Source: Phoronis australis
Lineage: Eukaryota; Animalia; Phoronida
NCBI GenBank assembly: GCA_002633005.1
Contig: NMRA01000392.1
Span: 347,763 to 411,762, forward strand
Length of the DNA stretch: 64,000 nt
Direction of reading: 5' to 3'
This document shows, piece by piece, positions 26,675 through 38,750 of this stretch; position 1 is the first letter of the stretch, and the number at the start of each line of letters is the position of its first letter. A program made the position numbers and the translations under genes. The notes under the pieces were generated by a model that was not told where the DNA came from, did no database searches, and saw nothing but the letters and a program-made list of their open reading frames with translations.

Positions 26675-28184
26675 GTGTGTGGGGGAGGGGTGGGGATGTG
26701 AGGGGGGATTTGGGACTCATCTAATGTCATTTTGCCAGTTTGCCCGCTGGGACAAATATTGTCTTCTTACGAACGCAAACGAATTCAAGTTCGCGAGAGA
26801 ACAAATATTGTCTTCTCGCAAACGCCAACTAACTTGCGTTCGCAAAAGGCCAAAAATGAACCTGCCGAGTGCAGTGTTAAAAATGGCGAGTTACCTATTT
26901 TGGGAACTGAACGAGGGACTGTTTGAAGTAAAAGTTTGACAACTGGGAGTATTTGTTCGAGTTGGAAGGAATTAAATACATCCACAACCTCTAAGGTGTC
27001 CACCTATGCCCAAAAGGTATTTATAACAACGTGACTTGATGTTTTAGTCATTGCGAGGCATAATTCACCGAAAAGCTTCAGGCTCTTATAGGAGCTTCAT
27101 CGTCTCTACTATGGCTGCACCAGCAGAGACAATGGTCATTCACTGTCTATGTATTATAAAGATAGTGTATTGGGGACGATCAGAAGCTGTGGTGTATGAC
27201 GTTTATAAACATTTCTTTGTGGTGTATTCTCAGTGGTTAATTTTTAGTGTATGGCATTTGATGCGGCGTTTGGATTTCAGCCTTTGAAGAGTTTCAGCCG
27301 AATTTCTTTTCAAGATAAGACGTGTTTTGGTTTTCTCTCAAAATTCTACATTCTTTTTTCTAAGTCTTACCGGTCGTAGGTATACTACGCTAGCTGGTAA
27401 CATAATAATTATAAAACTAACAAATTTACACTTTACAAAAGTACTTTTCTTAATTTATACGGCTGATTCTCAGGTAGTTAAATTACTCTTGCGGAAATGG
27501 ATGTATCTGTTTTGTAAGTTATGATTATCACTTTGGCATGTTCAATATAAATCTCATTTAAATAGAAAGATTATTTTATGTAAAACATCAATGTTCACAA
27601 ATACAGGTTTTCGATGGAGCAGAGAAAACACACAACGCTGCCTAACACATCATAAAGTCTCTGTCACATTGGTGCCCCGGTGTCCCTGTGAACGATTGAT
27701 TTAAAGTAAAACTTATTTTTCATAGCTGATTTTTCCTTCCGACTCCGTAAAATTCTCCGGCATTTTGGTCCGTTTTGGTTTGCACGTGAACTTCTTGAAA
27801 ATTTTGTTGCACTAGTACTTCATTTGTCCCTCGGTATAGGTATATCAGCTAGCGATTTCGAAGGTTTCTCCACTTGGTATCCTCGGGTGCTGGTCTTTCT
27901 ATTTTTAATACCATATCATTAGCCTACTAGTCAAAATAAACATACGTCTTTATGGCTAGATTCTGGTCAAGCGTGAGTGAATGGCTATCACCAGTTCGCT
28001 ATTTCCATCCCCACAATCTCATATTCTGAATGATCGTCTTCATGCAGAGGAAACGCTTGTGATGGATCAACCTGCTCGAATATCGTTGTGTAATGATCGA
28101 CTAATTCCAGTCAAAGAAGAGATTTCGCCTTCACCGGCAAGCAACGCGAGCTGCGATGCGTGCGGAATCGCATCATCCAATCGC

Positions 28185-29145
28185 TGATGATGAGCAGTTC
28201 ATTGATAAAATGACAGGCCGCTTCTAAGACGGATGTCAGATGATTGACGGTAGGTTTAAAAGGTAGCCATGCTTTGAGATTGTGCGTAGATGGAGAGTGA
28301 ATAATCAAATCCAGTAATTAATTTATTATATGATAACCCCTAATTAGACAAATGAAACCTATTGTTAATCAAGTAATCAACTACAAAGAGAAACTATGCT
28401 AGCACCCTCTTTAAAGATTACTTTAATCAAACAACCAAAACAATCAAATGTCTTATCTGCTAGCCAAGCTAGGACTCCCCACATGTTGGATGTCTGTCCT
28501 GTTGGTGAATCTTTGAACTACACACACTGTATAGTGACAGTGTACTTGCTGGTCACCGTCTCTGGTGATGCAATACTTGCAGGCAATTTCTTCTACTCGC
28601 GATTCTTCTTGCTGGTCACAGTCTCTGGCTGATGACGCAACACTTCAGGTAGTATCTTACTACCCACGATGCAAGTGACAAGCTCTTAGTTAACTTCCTG
28701 TTCGTTAACCCTTGCCCTTGCCAAGATCCTTTCTAGAATCTTCCACGAGATGGCTCTGTCGTACAATTGCTTCTGTACACTGTAGCAAGTCTTTATGCTT
28801 CAATTACTTTAGCGCATCTAATTATCTTGTTGATTTCAGCCCATAATATAACATTCTACTTATTTAGTGATTGGCTAATAAAAACCACCTGATCACATCC
28901 ACTCATATTATTGGCTGTTACAATTTGTTCTCAGAATATTCTAGAATCTCTAGAGTACTTTGACCCCAGAACCCAAAGTTGTAAACACCGTCTAAAAATA
29001 GATTTTGACGTTAAAATACATGTCAACAAGTCTGACCCCATGATTTAAAAGTACATATGCACAAATTTTGGGCAACTTAAAATGGATCTATTCTTACTAA
29101 TTACTTAATCACTATTTATTCTGATAACGGATATAATTCATCACA
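28185..29145. mobile_element. Solo-LTR-like element inserted next to or into a gag remnant
   Basis: Termini TGATGATGA...TCATCACA. Shares HSE-type motifs with 35307-36247. No clear TSD. Confidence 0.45.
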
Positions 29146-29149
29146 AAGC

Positions 29150-29316
29150 GAACCTAGATAGAAGGAGAGATCCCCGCAAGCGATTGATAGTTTTCTCATA
29201 CATTTTGAAAAATGTCGCGAATGGAACTTGTGGAGTGACGAAGAGGCAACTATACAACTAGTAATGTGTCTATGTGGTCAGGCGCCAGGAGCAGTCAGCG
29301 ACATGGGTGAAGATAC
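29150..29316 (+). pseudogene. Gypsy-type gag (capsid N-terminal) remnant
   Basis: Translates IDSFLIHFEKCREWNLWSDEEATIQLVMCLCGQAPGAVSDM, resembling the retrotransposon gag pattern FE...N-W-S-D-E-E...L...L-x-G-x-A. Truncated by a CAGTGGCGGATCTAG MITE. Confidence 0.6.
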
Positions 29317-29547
29317 AGTGGCGGATCTAGGACATCACAAGGGGGGGGCAACATTTTATCCGGCTGTAAGCATTTGCGCCAAAACCACGATTGTAGATGC
29401 GTATAGAACCTAATGGGGGGAGGAAAATTTTCTGTTTTTTCCTCTAAAAATCAAGCATTTTCCTTGATTCCTGAAGTATTATCCCAGAAAAAAAGACAAA
29501 AAAAAACACAAAAACACGGAGAACGTGTCAAACAGGAAAAACCGCAT

Positions 29548-29613
29548 GCACCATAGACTCGAACTCACGACCTCGCGGATACAGCGCGTGCTTTACCACT
29601 ACACCACCACGAC
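29548..29613 (-). mobile_element. tRNA-derived SINE head or tRNA pseudogene
   Basis: Minus strand GTCGTGGTGGTGTAGTGGTAAAGCACGCG...GTGAGTTCGAGTCT: A box TGGTGTAGTGG and B box GTTCGAGTC, but the anticodon arm is shortened and there is no good acceptor stem. Confidence 0.55.
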
Positions 29614-30149
29614 TTAACTACACTAATCTTGTGCTAAGAGACCTACTTGTTTGTGGTCCACAGCGTTTGCGCAACGAAACCTACTTCTTTTTGTAATGCT
29701 TATTACACGTTTTATATTTTGTGCAATCGGTTCTTAACAAATTTGTTGTATTTAAAAGTCTTCAAATGCCCAAAAGACCAAATCCGTTTTTCGTGTTGGC
29801 AATTGACGGGATTGCTTTGGAAATCGTCTTAAGTTAAGGTTTGACAAAGAGAGAATTATGAGTTACTGAGATATTCACCAAGGCTTCGATTAAAATTCAC
29901 ATCTTACCAGCAGTTTCTGTTTTTTCATGACCGTCACTCAGGTTCCATTTTCTTTAAAAAATGAAGTAAATTTTCTTCATTGCACAGTGGAGCAGACAAC
30001 GGAAACGGGGTCGTAGTGCGCATCGTCACTGCCGGTCACCTGGGATATCAGGGGAGAGCTTATACTTAGCCATAAATTAGTTCCCTTACAAATGCGCCAT
30101 CTTCCGAATTTGACACTTGAAATTGGACCTGAGCACCCCCCCCCCCCCC

Positions 30150-30395
30150 NNNNNNNNNNNNNNNNNNNNNNNNNNNNNNNNNNNNNNNNNNNNNNNNNNN
30201 NNNNNNNNNNNNNNNNNNNNNNNNNNNNNNNNNNNNNNNNNNNNNNNNNNNNNNNNNNNNNNNNNNNNNNNNNNNNNNNNNNNNNNNNNNNNNNNNNNNN
30301 NNNNNNNNNNNNNNNNNNNNNNNNNNNNNNNNNNNNNNNNNNNNNNNNNNNNNNNNNNNNNNNNNNNNNNNNNNNNNNNNNNNNNNNNNNNNNNN
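30150..30395. other. Assembly gap
   Basis: Run of N after a poly-C tract. Confidence 1.
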
Positions 30396-30722
30396 GCGGA
30401 ACGTGTGGCTGCATAGGTGTGAGTTTAGGGGTCGCTCCAAGGGTAAATCAGAGCAGATAACTGACTACGGGTCCTAGCGTAGATCCTAGCGTAACTGAAT
30501 GCACGCGAGGATTCCAAGTTCACGTAGGCCACTAGAGCAAAGGCATACTGCCATACTGACTTGCGGAAATTTTGTCGGTGAATGAAGATGTGCCTTTTCC
30601 GCAAACCTTATATCCTGATGCTCGATTGAACACAGATTTTGAATAAACAATGCTCATGCCGATCGAATTATAGTCAAACGAAACATGCACTCAGCATTGC
30701 TAAATGAAGAAACGAGGATTAC

Positions 30723-30760
30723 CAATATTCAACAGCAATTTCTACACCTTTACCCGACAT
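30723..30760 (-). CDS. MIEN1: MIEN1/SelW2-like selenoprotein, coding exon 1 (MSGKGVEIAVEY + TG of Cys codon)
   Basis: Minus strand aacaagATG TCG GGT AAA GGT GTA GAA ATT GCT GTT GAA TAT TG|gtaatc. Phase 2 joins the first base (C) of exon 2 to give the Rdx-family VEYC motif. Confidence 0.88.
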
Positions 30761-30769
30761 CTTGTTTCT

Positions 30770-31170
30770 TGTAAATCACACCGCCTACCGTCCGTGAAAG
30801 TAACTATTTAAAGGTGGGTTACGCTCCACAAATACAAGACGCTCTCCACCATAATTAGCAAAATCACGTGCTTTGCTCGTAAAAATACCTGCCATTTCGC
30901 GAAGTATTACGAGAGTTCAACATTCCAACACAGCTTTTCGTCTACGGAGCACATATCTGATATGAGCGTAGTCTCCTGCACAGACCCTCGAGGTTGGTCC
31001 GTGACGTCATCTTGTGAGGCCCGGGAACCAGGTTAATATGAGCGAAGCCAGCCACATGCTTGTTCCGGTTTCAATGTCGGCTTGAGTTTTATTAGGTTGT
31101 TAACAATAACATAGTCACGGAGATTTTGTGTCTATGTTTTTTTCATTTTTATCTACGGACAGGTAACGAA
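30770..31170. promoter_or_regulatory. Probable bidirectional promoter (MIEN1/SelW2-like on -, AEN-like on +), with a candidate non-coding AEN exon 1 ending at 31162
   Basis: CpG-richer segment directly upstream of the MIEN1 ATG. E-box CACGTG at 30865-30870, CRE TGACGTCA at 31002-31009, + strand donor acag|gtaacg at 31163. The AEN ATG exon begins at an acceptor (tttcag|36585), implying an upstream UTR exon. Confidence 0.55.
30969..31035. mobile_element. 67-bp Academ(H)-like mini-element with perfect 9-bp TSD
   Basis: ATATGAGCG|TAGTCTCCTGCACAGACC...GGCCCGGGAACCAGGTTA|ATATGAGCG. TA-initiated imperfect TIRs. Confidence 0.7.
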
Positions 31171-31649
31171 TTAATTCTTTTTTACACAACACAGGTAAAA
31201 TCGTTGGCGTGCTGCCTAGTTGTGAGTACGGTTAACTTAGCAGGTGGTCCACGCCAAACCAAGCCCAGCCAAGCCCAAGCCAAGGTATTAAATTGTATCA
31301 TCTCGATGTTTTTACAATGGTTGCTCGTACTTAGCTCCTTAGCTGCTTCGTTATTTTATTCTTAGTCAGATTTGAAAGTATTTTCCTCAGTGATGCAGCA
31401 CCGCTGGAGTCGCTGGACCAGTTCTGAGGAACGGTTTACTGTCTGATCTCACCTTGACAATGCCACAGGCGTCTCTCGAATAGTTTGTATACTATAGTTC
31501 GTACACGGCCCTTGAAACATGGCATTTGTCTCTACTTCGTACAGTAGGAGTGCAAGAGATTTGCTTCGGAAAAAATAATTCGTACATGCTTTTTAGATAC
31601 TAGGTAAAATGGAAATTCTATTCTTATAAAAGACCACAAATCAATAAGC

Positions 31650-32205
31650 GCCAGTTCTATTGGTAATCGGAATCCGTGATTTGCTATACTATGCTGGTAT
31701 AGAGCTCAACAAGTCGTTTTTCAGATCACCATTTTTGGCGACAGCAAATGTGGAAATGGCAATAAGATTCTCCAGTGTGTCACCAGATGGCAGCAAAAAT
31801 GTTGTTACAGTGGATTTTCCCAACAAAGTTTCTGTTGTCCTCAGATTTGTCCTTCACAAATTAAGTTACAAAATAACGGAGTGATAGTGCCGTGTCGTCC
31901 TGCGGTCTTGTTAGAGCTTATATCCAAGACTTTTGGATGGTTCTGACTACCGCTGTACCCCTGAGTGGTAATTTAAGTTTTTACATTAATTTGCATGTGT
32001 ATCTTTAGTTCTTTGACAGTTTTTAATTATTGAAATGTGGTAAACAAGTTTCTGACTGGTGATAGCAGCTATCCATTTTGGGATTAATTTGTTATATTCT
32101 GCGCCACCTCAAAGTGTCCATTTTGTGACCCTTATGAATACCACTAGAAGCACGCTGTTTACATTGCTGTCGTGGCTGCATTTCAACACTTTGTGTTGCT
32201 CTTTT
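31650..32205 (+). mobile_element. Degenerate HINE-like fragment
   Basis: 3' end gctgcatttcaacactttgtgttgctcttt and decayed internal units. Confidence 0.4.
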
Positions 32206-32776
32206 TGAGGTTATGTAGGACCCTAATATACTAGTTCTGCATAATGTAAAGACTTAATGGGCAAATCACAATCAAGGTCCATATTCGGGGGCCACTTAAG
32301 GTTGTGTGGGTAGGCGCAGGTTGTTACAGTCCGGTGCTAATTAAGCTTTTGGTGCGACGATAGACTGAAGACTGGTTCGAATTAATCTTTTGTTAATCTC
32401 GATCGTACGTTCACAAGCCTACTCAAACAAAACGTCCGACGTAATGTCTGTTCTATGCTCCAGCCAGTGCTGTGAAGCCTAGGCTTTTGATGAACTTCTG
32501 AGACACTTCCATCAACTGTTGCACTCGTTGATTCAATAACCTGCTGTCTGTATAACTGGCTTTCTATTGACTATCGCTGTGACTGCTGATTCTCTTCACT
32601 GCAACTCAACCGTAATTCTATCAACTGTTTAACTGTTAACTGCTTTTCTCTTGAACTCACTATTACCAAGGAGTGTAGTAGTATCAGGAGAGTTCACTTG
32701 TGAGTTCGCTGTTACCGCTACTACTAGCGCCACCAAGTGGTGAATGAGCAACTGTCAACCAGGAAGCGCCAAAACA

Positions 32777-33910
32777 ATGGGGAAGGACGCATTATGCAGT
32801 GCGATAAATTGCACTAATTCATCCACGACAACCCCAGACGTGTCGTTTTTTAGGTTTTCTAAGTATCCGGAAAGGTAAGTATTATATGTTATTCAATAAT
32901 ATAATACATTGTCTTTCATTTTGTGGGTTCTGTTCACAGTTGTTAGACAAGTCGATCGCACGTCCCGGTGCCACTGTTGTTTGCAGTGTAGGCTAGGCCT
33001 ACTGGTCAGCCGGCGGAAGGACTACTGATTAATGTACGATGTGATCGTCAGCTTTTTGGATACTTGCAGGCCATGTATTCCAAATCAAAATGTCACTCTA
33101 ACGATCGCAGGGATAATTTTAGGAAAACATAGCCATGGCCATGGGTGAATATGAATCATCGGGGTGACACGGCCATGGCACAATCACAGCCGCAGGGACT
33201 CAAGTTTTCATTAGTCAAGTTAGAGACATAACGTAGAATTGTCGTGAGGACTTGACAGGTCGCCTCATGGGTCTCGCGCTCCACTGATTTATATACACTA
33301 GCGTGAAAAGGCTTTGCCCAGTTACACATTTTGTGTCATAAACTGAGAGCTAATCATACCTGCAGCTAATGCAGGTAGTAGAACTTGTCTCGTTTATCAC
33401 ATTGGTGTAGGCTCACAGAAGAACTGTGATTTTCTGTTGAGCCCAGACCGTCCGGAGTTGCACCATATACCAACTCCGGACGGTCTCTCACGACGATTTA
33501 GCGTTATGGAATCTGTGGGTCTCGGTGAAAAGTTGTGCGGCCCCTTAAAATATCCGTGGATCGACATTTGAGTCCTAGTTTTTTTAGTTGACGCCAAGAC
33601 GCTTTTGTCTCTATCACAATCACAGTACGACAGGACTTCTGTAGTGTAGTGTAGTTTAGTGTAGGCTACCAGTCTTCTGTGAACCTGGTGAGTATGAGGT
33701 TTGTTCCTGAGTCTCTCATTGGTTTCTGTTCAGGTGCAAGCACTGGGAGCCGACCTTATGAATAGAGTGCATCCTACTTGTCCAAGAACTGCAACTTATG
33801 CTCTCATCACTTCGAGGAGTCCATGTTGATGAATGAAGAACAAGCTGGTATTGAATGCAGTGCCCGAGCAGTATTTGATGTCCCCAGTCCACCAAAAATG
33901 AAGACGTCAA
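32777..33910 (+). pseudogene. Spliced THAP12/PRKRIR-like THAP-domain relic (probably hAT-transposase derived)
   Basis: Exon 32777-32874 MGKDALCSAINCTNSSTTTPDVSFFRFSKYPE(R)|gtaagt. Exon from 33734 reads CKHW.../RADL.../YLSKNCNLCSHHFEESM.../NAVP/VFDVP across frameshifts. Confidence 0.7.
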
Positions 33911-35306
33911 AAAGTTCTACGGAAATTATGTTACAGCTGTGGAATAGGCTTTTTGCATTTCTGATTATCGTCTCACAAAGCAAGTACTGGAACATCACGT
34001 GTAGAAAGGACAATTAGTCAAAATCTGGTTTTCGTATTTTACTAAGGTTGATCAGATTGAAACAGTTTATGAATGGTTAGCCTGTGATTTGAAGAGAGCC
34101 AAAGTGAAACTGATGGGTCTTTTAGAGTCTGAATGGTGGGCTGACATTTTGTTAAACCCAAGCTATCCATATCATTTTGCTTCTCAATGACACTGAAACA
34201 CCTCTGTGAGTAAATTAGTTATCAGCTTCAACGCATTTCGTTGGCAAAAAGAGCTGTTGTTTACTAGTGAATAGAGAGTGAGAAGGTTGGTTAGATTTTC
34301 TTGTTGTATTGGTGTATGTGTTGCCTATTTTGTACGTTTTTGGAGATTGTGATTAATTTAAGCTCCAGTTGTGGCTAAGTAACAAATATGATCTTGTGGT
34401 CTAGCTTTAGCTTACCTGAAATATTTACTGTTATTGATAATATGAACAGTGGGTATAGAAAATAAAAATTTTAGTTTTATCATCCATTAAAAGTCTTTTT
34501 AATTCAGTTTTGTATGAAGTTGTGTGGCTAGTGAATATTTTGATTGCTGTTCAGCACCTCTTAACTTTTTTGTCATGACATTTTGAGCTTGGACTGGTTA
34601 TGGTGGGGATATACTCAATGTGGGGGGGGCTCGAATTCCCGACGATGTAGACCTTTTGCTAACAAGTGAGTGGGCGGACTAAAAAAAAAAAAAACGGGGA
34701 CCACCACTGTGAATTGCGCGTTTCCGTTTCTTTAGTGGACTTTTGTCCCATTTTCTCGGACTTTTTGTCTCGTTCAAGCCCCCCGAGCCCCCTGGGTGCG
34801 CGCGTGGGAGAGTGCAATCGAGTTTACCCTATGCTGGAATGTCCAAGAAATAATGGGATGTTCTAAAATTATATTACGATTTTGTGGTAGTGATGAATTG
34901 CTTTCTTCTTCTTACATGTGTAACACCCACTACACCAAACAATTATTCACATTGTTAGTATCCTGGTGCATTGAATAAGGAACACATGCGAAATTGGGTG
35001 GAGGTGAAACCAGCAGTGAGCTGGGAGCAACATGTTTGTCAATGGTCAGGGGAGCAACCAAAATTTATGACAATGGGAATGGCTCAACACCCATGTGGCA
35101 TACCCCATTGGTTTTTACCTGTTTAGCACTCCTCCCATGTAACCCCCTGGGAGATGGTCAACACCCATTTGGCGCCCACATGGTTTTTGCCTTGTACCCC
35201 CTTAGCTGTCACCTGTGGGGAATTACACTCTGAAGCCCCAGGAGCAATCATTCAAATTTTATTGTCCATGGAGGTATGAACTCTTATAAGGAAAGATAAT
35301 TTGCCT

Positions 35307-36247
35307 TGTTAAGAACCCAAACATGAAACAAAACCGTGATAGATTTTGAAGGGAGCTTCAAAAGAATAAAAACAAATACACTTTAATATTGATTAAAATG
35401 CACATTTTCATTCTCATTCGATTATAAGTGGAAGTTGGTTTACGTATTCTAACCATTTTCAATCACACAGTAATTTTATTGCACGTTGAACGTCATTAAA
35501 GTATGAATTCATCAGTGTTTACATTGTTCAGATTGCGCTCCTAAGTAAGTATTGATTATTCACCGCTTGGAGCGCTCGTGTTTCGACCGGTAACCATTGC
35601 GGCGAATGGTAAAATGGGGGAGTGAACTCTCCTATACTCGTACACTCCTTGCTATTACAAACCGGTGCCTGGCGTATTTATAGACTAATGCTTTGTTTGA
35701 GAACTTTTCACCAGTTCAAGCACATTCTAGAACTTTCCCCGGAATATACCCAATCATTCTACAAACATATACTAGTCTCTAGAATATTCCAGACTGCATT
35801 AATCACTGTCATGCTAGAGACTGTAGCAAACAAATTGCATCATCACTGTACTGAACTCAGGGGTCATGCCAATCAAACAGAACAACAAAACAAAACAACT
35901 AAAAACAGTGTCAGTCTATATTCTGACAAAGGTAAAAAATGAGGGATGTCATATCACTGTAAAAGCTGGGTTATTTTAAAGTACTGTCATTCCAGTTTTG
36001 TAATCTGAATTATTTCTGCACAAGAACCACCGAATAATGCCTGATGCATCGCAGTTGTATAAAAGGGTACATACTCTACAACGTGTGGTCACACCCCACT
36101 TCTGTCATGCTAAAATTCGTAAGGTAGCTGTTAATTTAATAACGTCTTGATCAAATTGAAGAAGTATCATATACTAACAAAGTAAAATTAAAGTATTACC
36201 ATGCTGATCAAGTTATTCTAGATGATGATGAATTGCATATCTTAACA
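35307..36247. mobile_element. Solo-LTR-like element with heat-shock elements
   Basis: Termini TGTTAAGA...TCTTAACA (perfect 8-bp inverted, TG..CA), ~940 bp. No TSD recognisable. Confidence 0.5.
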
Positions 36248-36592
36248 CAGTATCAGAACTTTTTCTCTTGCAATATGATTCTTACAAAAAGAAAATTTTG
36301 TAACTAGTACTTTTTTCAAAAACTTTATTGGTGATGCTTACTAGTTTTTAATATATTCACCAGTTGGTCAAAATAGTTCAAGTAATGCTAGGTCCAGTGT
36401 TCAACTTGTTAATAGTAAAAATTGTACTGATTTGGGGGTACGTACACTACGTAATTACGCAAAGTACAGACACCTTTCCCCTTAGGTGAGTGAGGGCCAT
36501 TGAATTGATTTGTTTCCTGGTCATTAGTTTTCACCTTCTTTCAAATATCATTGCCGATGTTTCATCTATTGCTATGACTTTCAGTTGCTAGA

Positions 36593-37118
36593 ATGAACCA
36601 GAAACGCAAGCTTTCAAGTGTCCAAGATGGCAACAGCATGTTAAAAATAGCAAAAGTATGCTTTGGTAAAGGATCTAGTACTTATGAGTCTGTTGGAAAG
36701 AGAAAGAAGAAAACGAAAAGTCAAAGCAAAGATCTTCACATTCATTTTAATAGACATGATGATGACAGTCGTGTAGGATCGATTTGCGGCTCACTCGAAT
36801 GCTCCCCAGTCAGTGGGGTATCAGAATTCTACAATAAGACATCCGAGTCTACATGTGCTGTTAGTACTGGTGGGGTTATGCATGAGTCGGATATTAATTA
36901 TGCAGTGGACGGTTGTCATCAAAATTTGGACAAGAACAATGGTCTTGACCATGTGCTGGCACACTGGCATTGTGCAGAGCCAGTTCAACGGACTAGGCTT
37001 GGAACGAAATTTCAGGCTGGGTATGGGTCATTTTGTCAGCGAGCAGATCTCAAACCCACATACGTTTCATTGGACTGTGAATTTGTTGGCGTAGAACCAG
37101 GAGATAAAAGTGCATTAG
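36593..37118 (+). CDS. AEN: AEN/ISG20-family DEDDh 3'-5' exonuclease, coding exon 1 (basic N-terminal region + ExoI)
   Basis: ORF MNQKRK...GKRKKKTK...YVSLDCEFVGVEPGDKSAL(G)|gtatgt. LDCExVG is the ExoI motif of REXO4/ISG20/AEN. Confidence 0.88.
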
Positions 37119-38580
37119 GTATGTATGATTGTTGTCGTGAATAGTGGTGGCATGAGAAGATCTTTGAACTTAGTATTAACCAAGACATTACATGGGTGCA
37201 CCCAGGGGGGGGCTCAGGGGGGCTCGAACAAGCCCCCCCAATTTGGCGAGTTGGGCAAAAAGGTCGCCTCAGTGAAACAAAAAGTCAGAGCAAATGAGGC
37301 AAAAGGTTCACAAAGTCCACAGGAATTCGGCGCGGATGCGCAATTCGTAGACCTGAACCTAGTGGCCCCGTTTTTTTAGTCCTCGTTAAGTTTATTCAGA
37401 AAAAGTCTGCATATCAAAAAATTCGAGGCCCCCTATATTTTAGGCTGGGTGCGCGCGTGCTCTAGGACGTTGGAGCCATGATAATCTCGTTAATGACTTG
37501 GACTATGTCTTTTTTCTATATTACTGTTGTGAGAGTTAGTTTGAAAAAGGTGACGGTTGCTGACATAGAGCTTGAGGTTTGGTGATGTCAGAAATCGAAA
37601 TAAATACGTATCAAATCTTTAAAGCTGTAAATGAAAGCAACAGCTTAAGTTGAAGAACTCGGATTTTGTGCAAAATTTTCAGCTCTCATTGTTGCCAGTC
37701 TGGTTAGATATAATTACTTCAAGTAGTTGAAATGATGTAAGGTTGACAGATACAAGAGTATTGCCTGTCACATATTAGGGCCTTTCATACTAATGTCGAC
37801 ATGTCAATGTTTTGGGGATTTGCTTTCAATATGAATACTTAACGTCAGTACTGGATTGAAGTTAACAGCGCCAATTAACTTCGCAGTAAACAGGTGGACT
37901 TAAGAGCCGAGCGTCAAAGCTGCGGTGCAGTATGAACAGTCAACTTCGGTCCCATCGGTGTCGTCAACAATTACTGGGTAGTGCCGTCGCTAATAGTTGC
38001 TTATATTTTGGTCTAATAATCACCAATTGAATTAAAAATAAATTCATGGCAATTACCACATGTAAATGTTCCCAAATTGTCACATTAAAAAAGTCTTAGC
38101 GTGCAACGCTACCTTGCGATTACTTCGGTGACAACAGTGTCACCTACCGTTTATTTCGAAATCCATTAACTGTTGAAGCCAGTATGAATGGTTTTATAGT
38201 TAACTTCGCAGTTTACATCGACTCTCCACTTAGACCAGAGTTAAGTCAGTAGAAATATGTCTATAGATAATCTACAATATACATACATATATATTACAGA
38301 ATACACTATATAAAATAGGGCTTAACATAAACGAGAAAACACTTGATGATATGGGTGGAAAAAATTCTCCTCACTTGTATGTTTACTGTCTCATATTTTC
38401 AAGGGGACGTTTTCGGTCTGTCGAGCGCTGTAAATAATGTAGCTTTTAAAATTTGTGACCCACTTTGCCCAAAATGCAAAACAAAGTAATTCAGATTTAT
38501 GGAAATAATTACCATCGCAGTCTGAAGTAGTTTGATATGCAATTTGTTGTGTTTTTTTAAATTATTGTTGCTCTCTCTAG

Positions 38581-38750
38581 GTCGGTGCTCAGTGGTGGAT
38601 TTCAACGGTAATGTGCTCTGTGATATCTACGTGAAACCTGAACAAAGGATAATGAATTACCGAACTCGTTACAGTGGCCTAAGGGCAAGGGACATGGTTA
38701 ATGCAGTGCCTTCACAGTTTGCATTGAAAACTATAACCAAAGTAATCAAG
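38581..38750 (+). CDS. AEN: AEN-like exonuclease, exon 2
   Basis: ctctctag|GT CGG TGC... gives (G)RCSVVDFNGNVLCDIYVKPEQRIMNYRTRYSGLRARDMVNAVPSQFALKTITKVIK|gtattg. Confidence 0.93.

Noticed and set aside
25953-26730. Long ORFs in the track spanning X runs (also 29977-30460 and 59539-60585)
   Set aside because: Artefacts of translating N gaps.
29548-29613. Functional tRNA gene (for example tRNA-Sec near a selenoprotein gene)
   Set aside because: Has A and B boxes but no proper acceptor stem, anticodon arm or long variable arm; treated as SINE-like.
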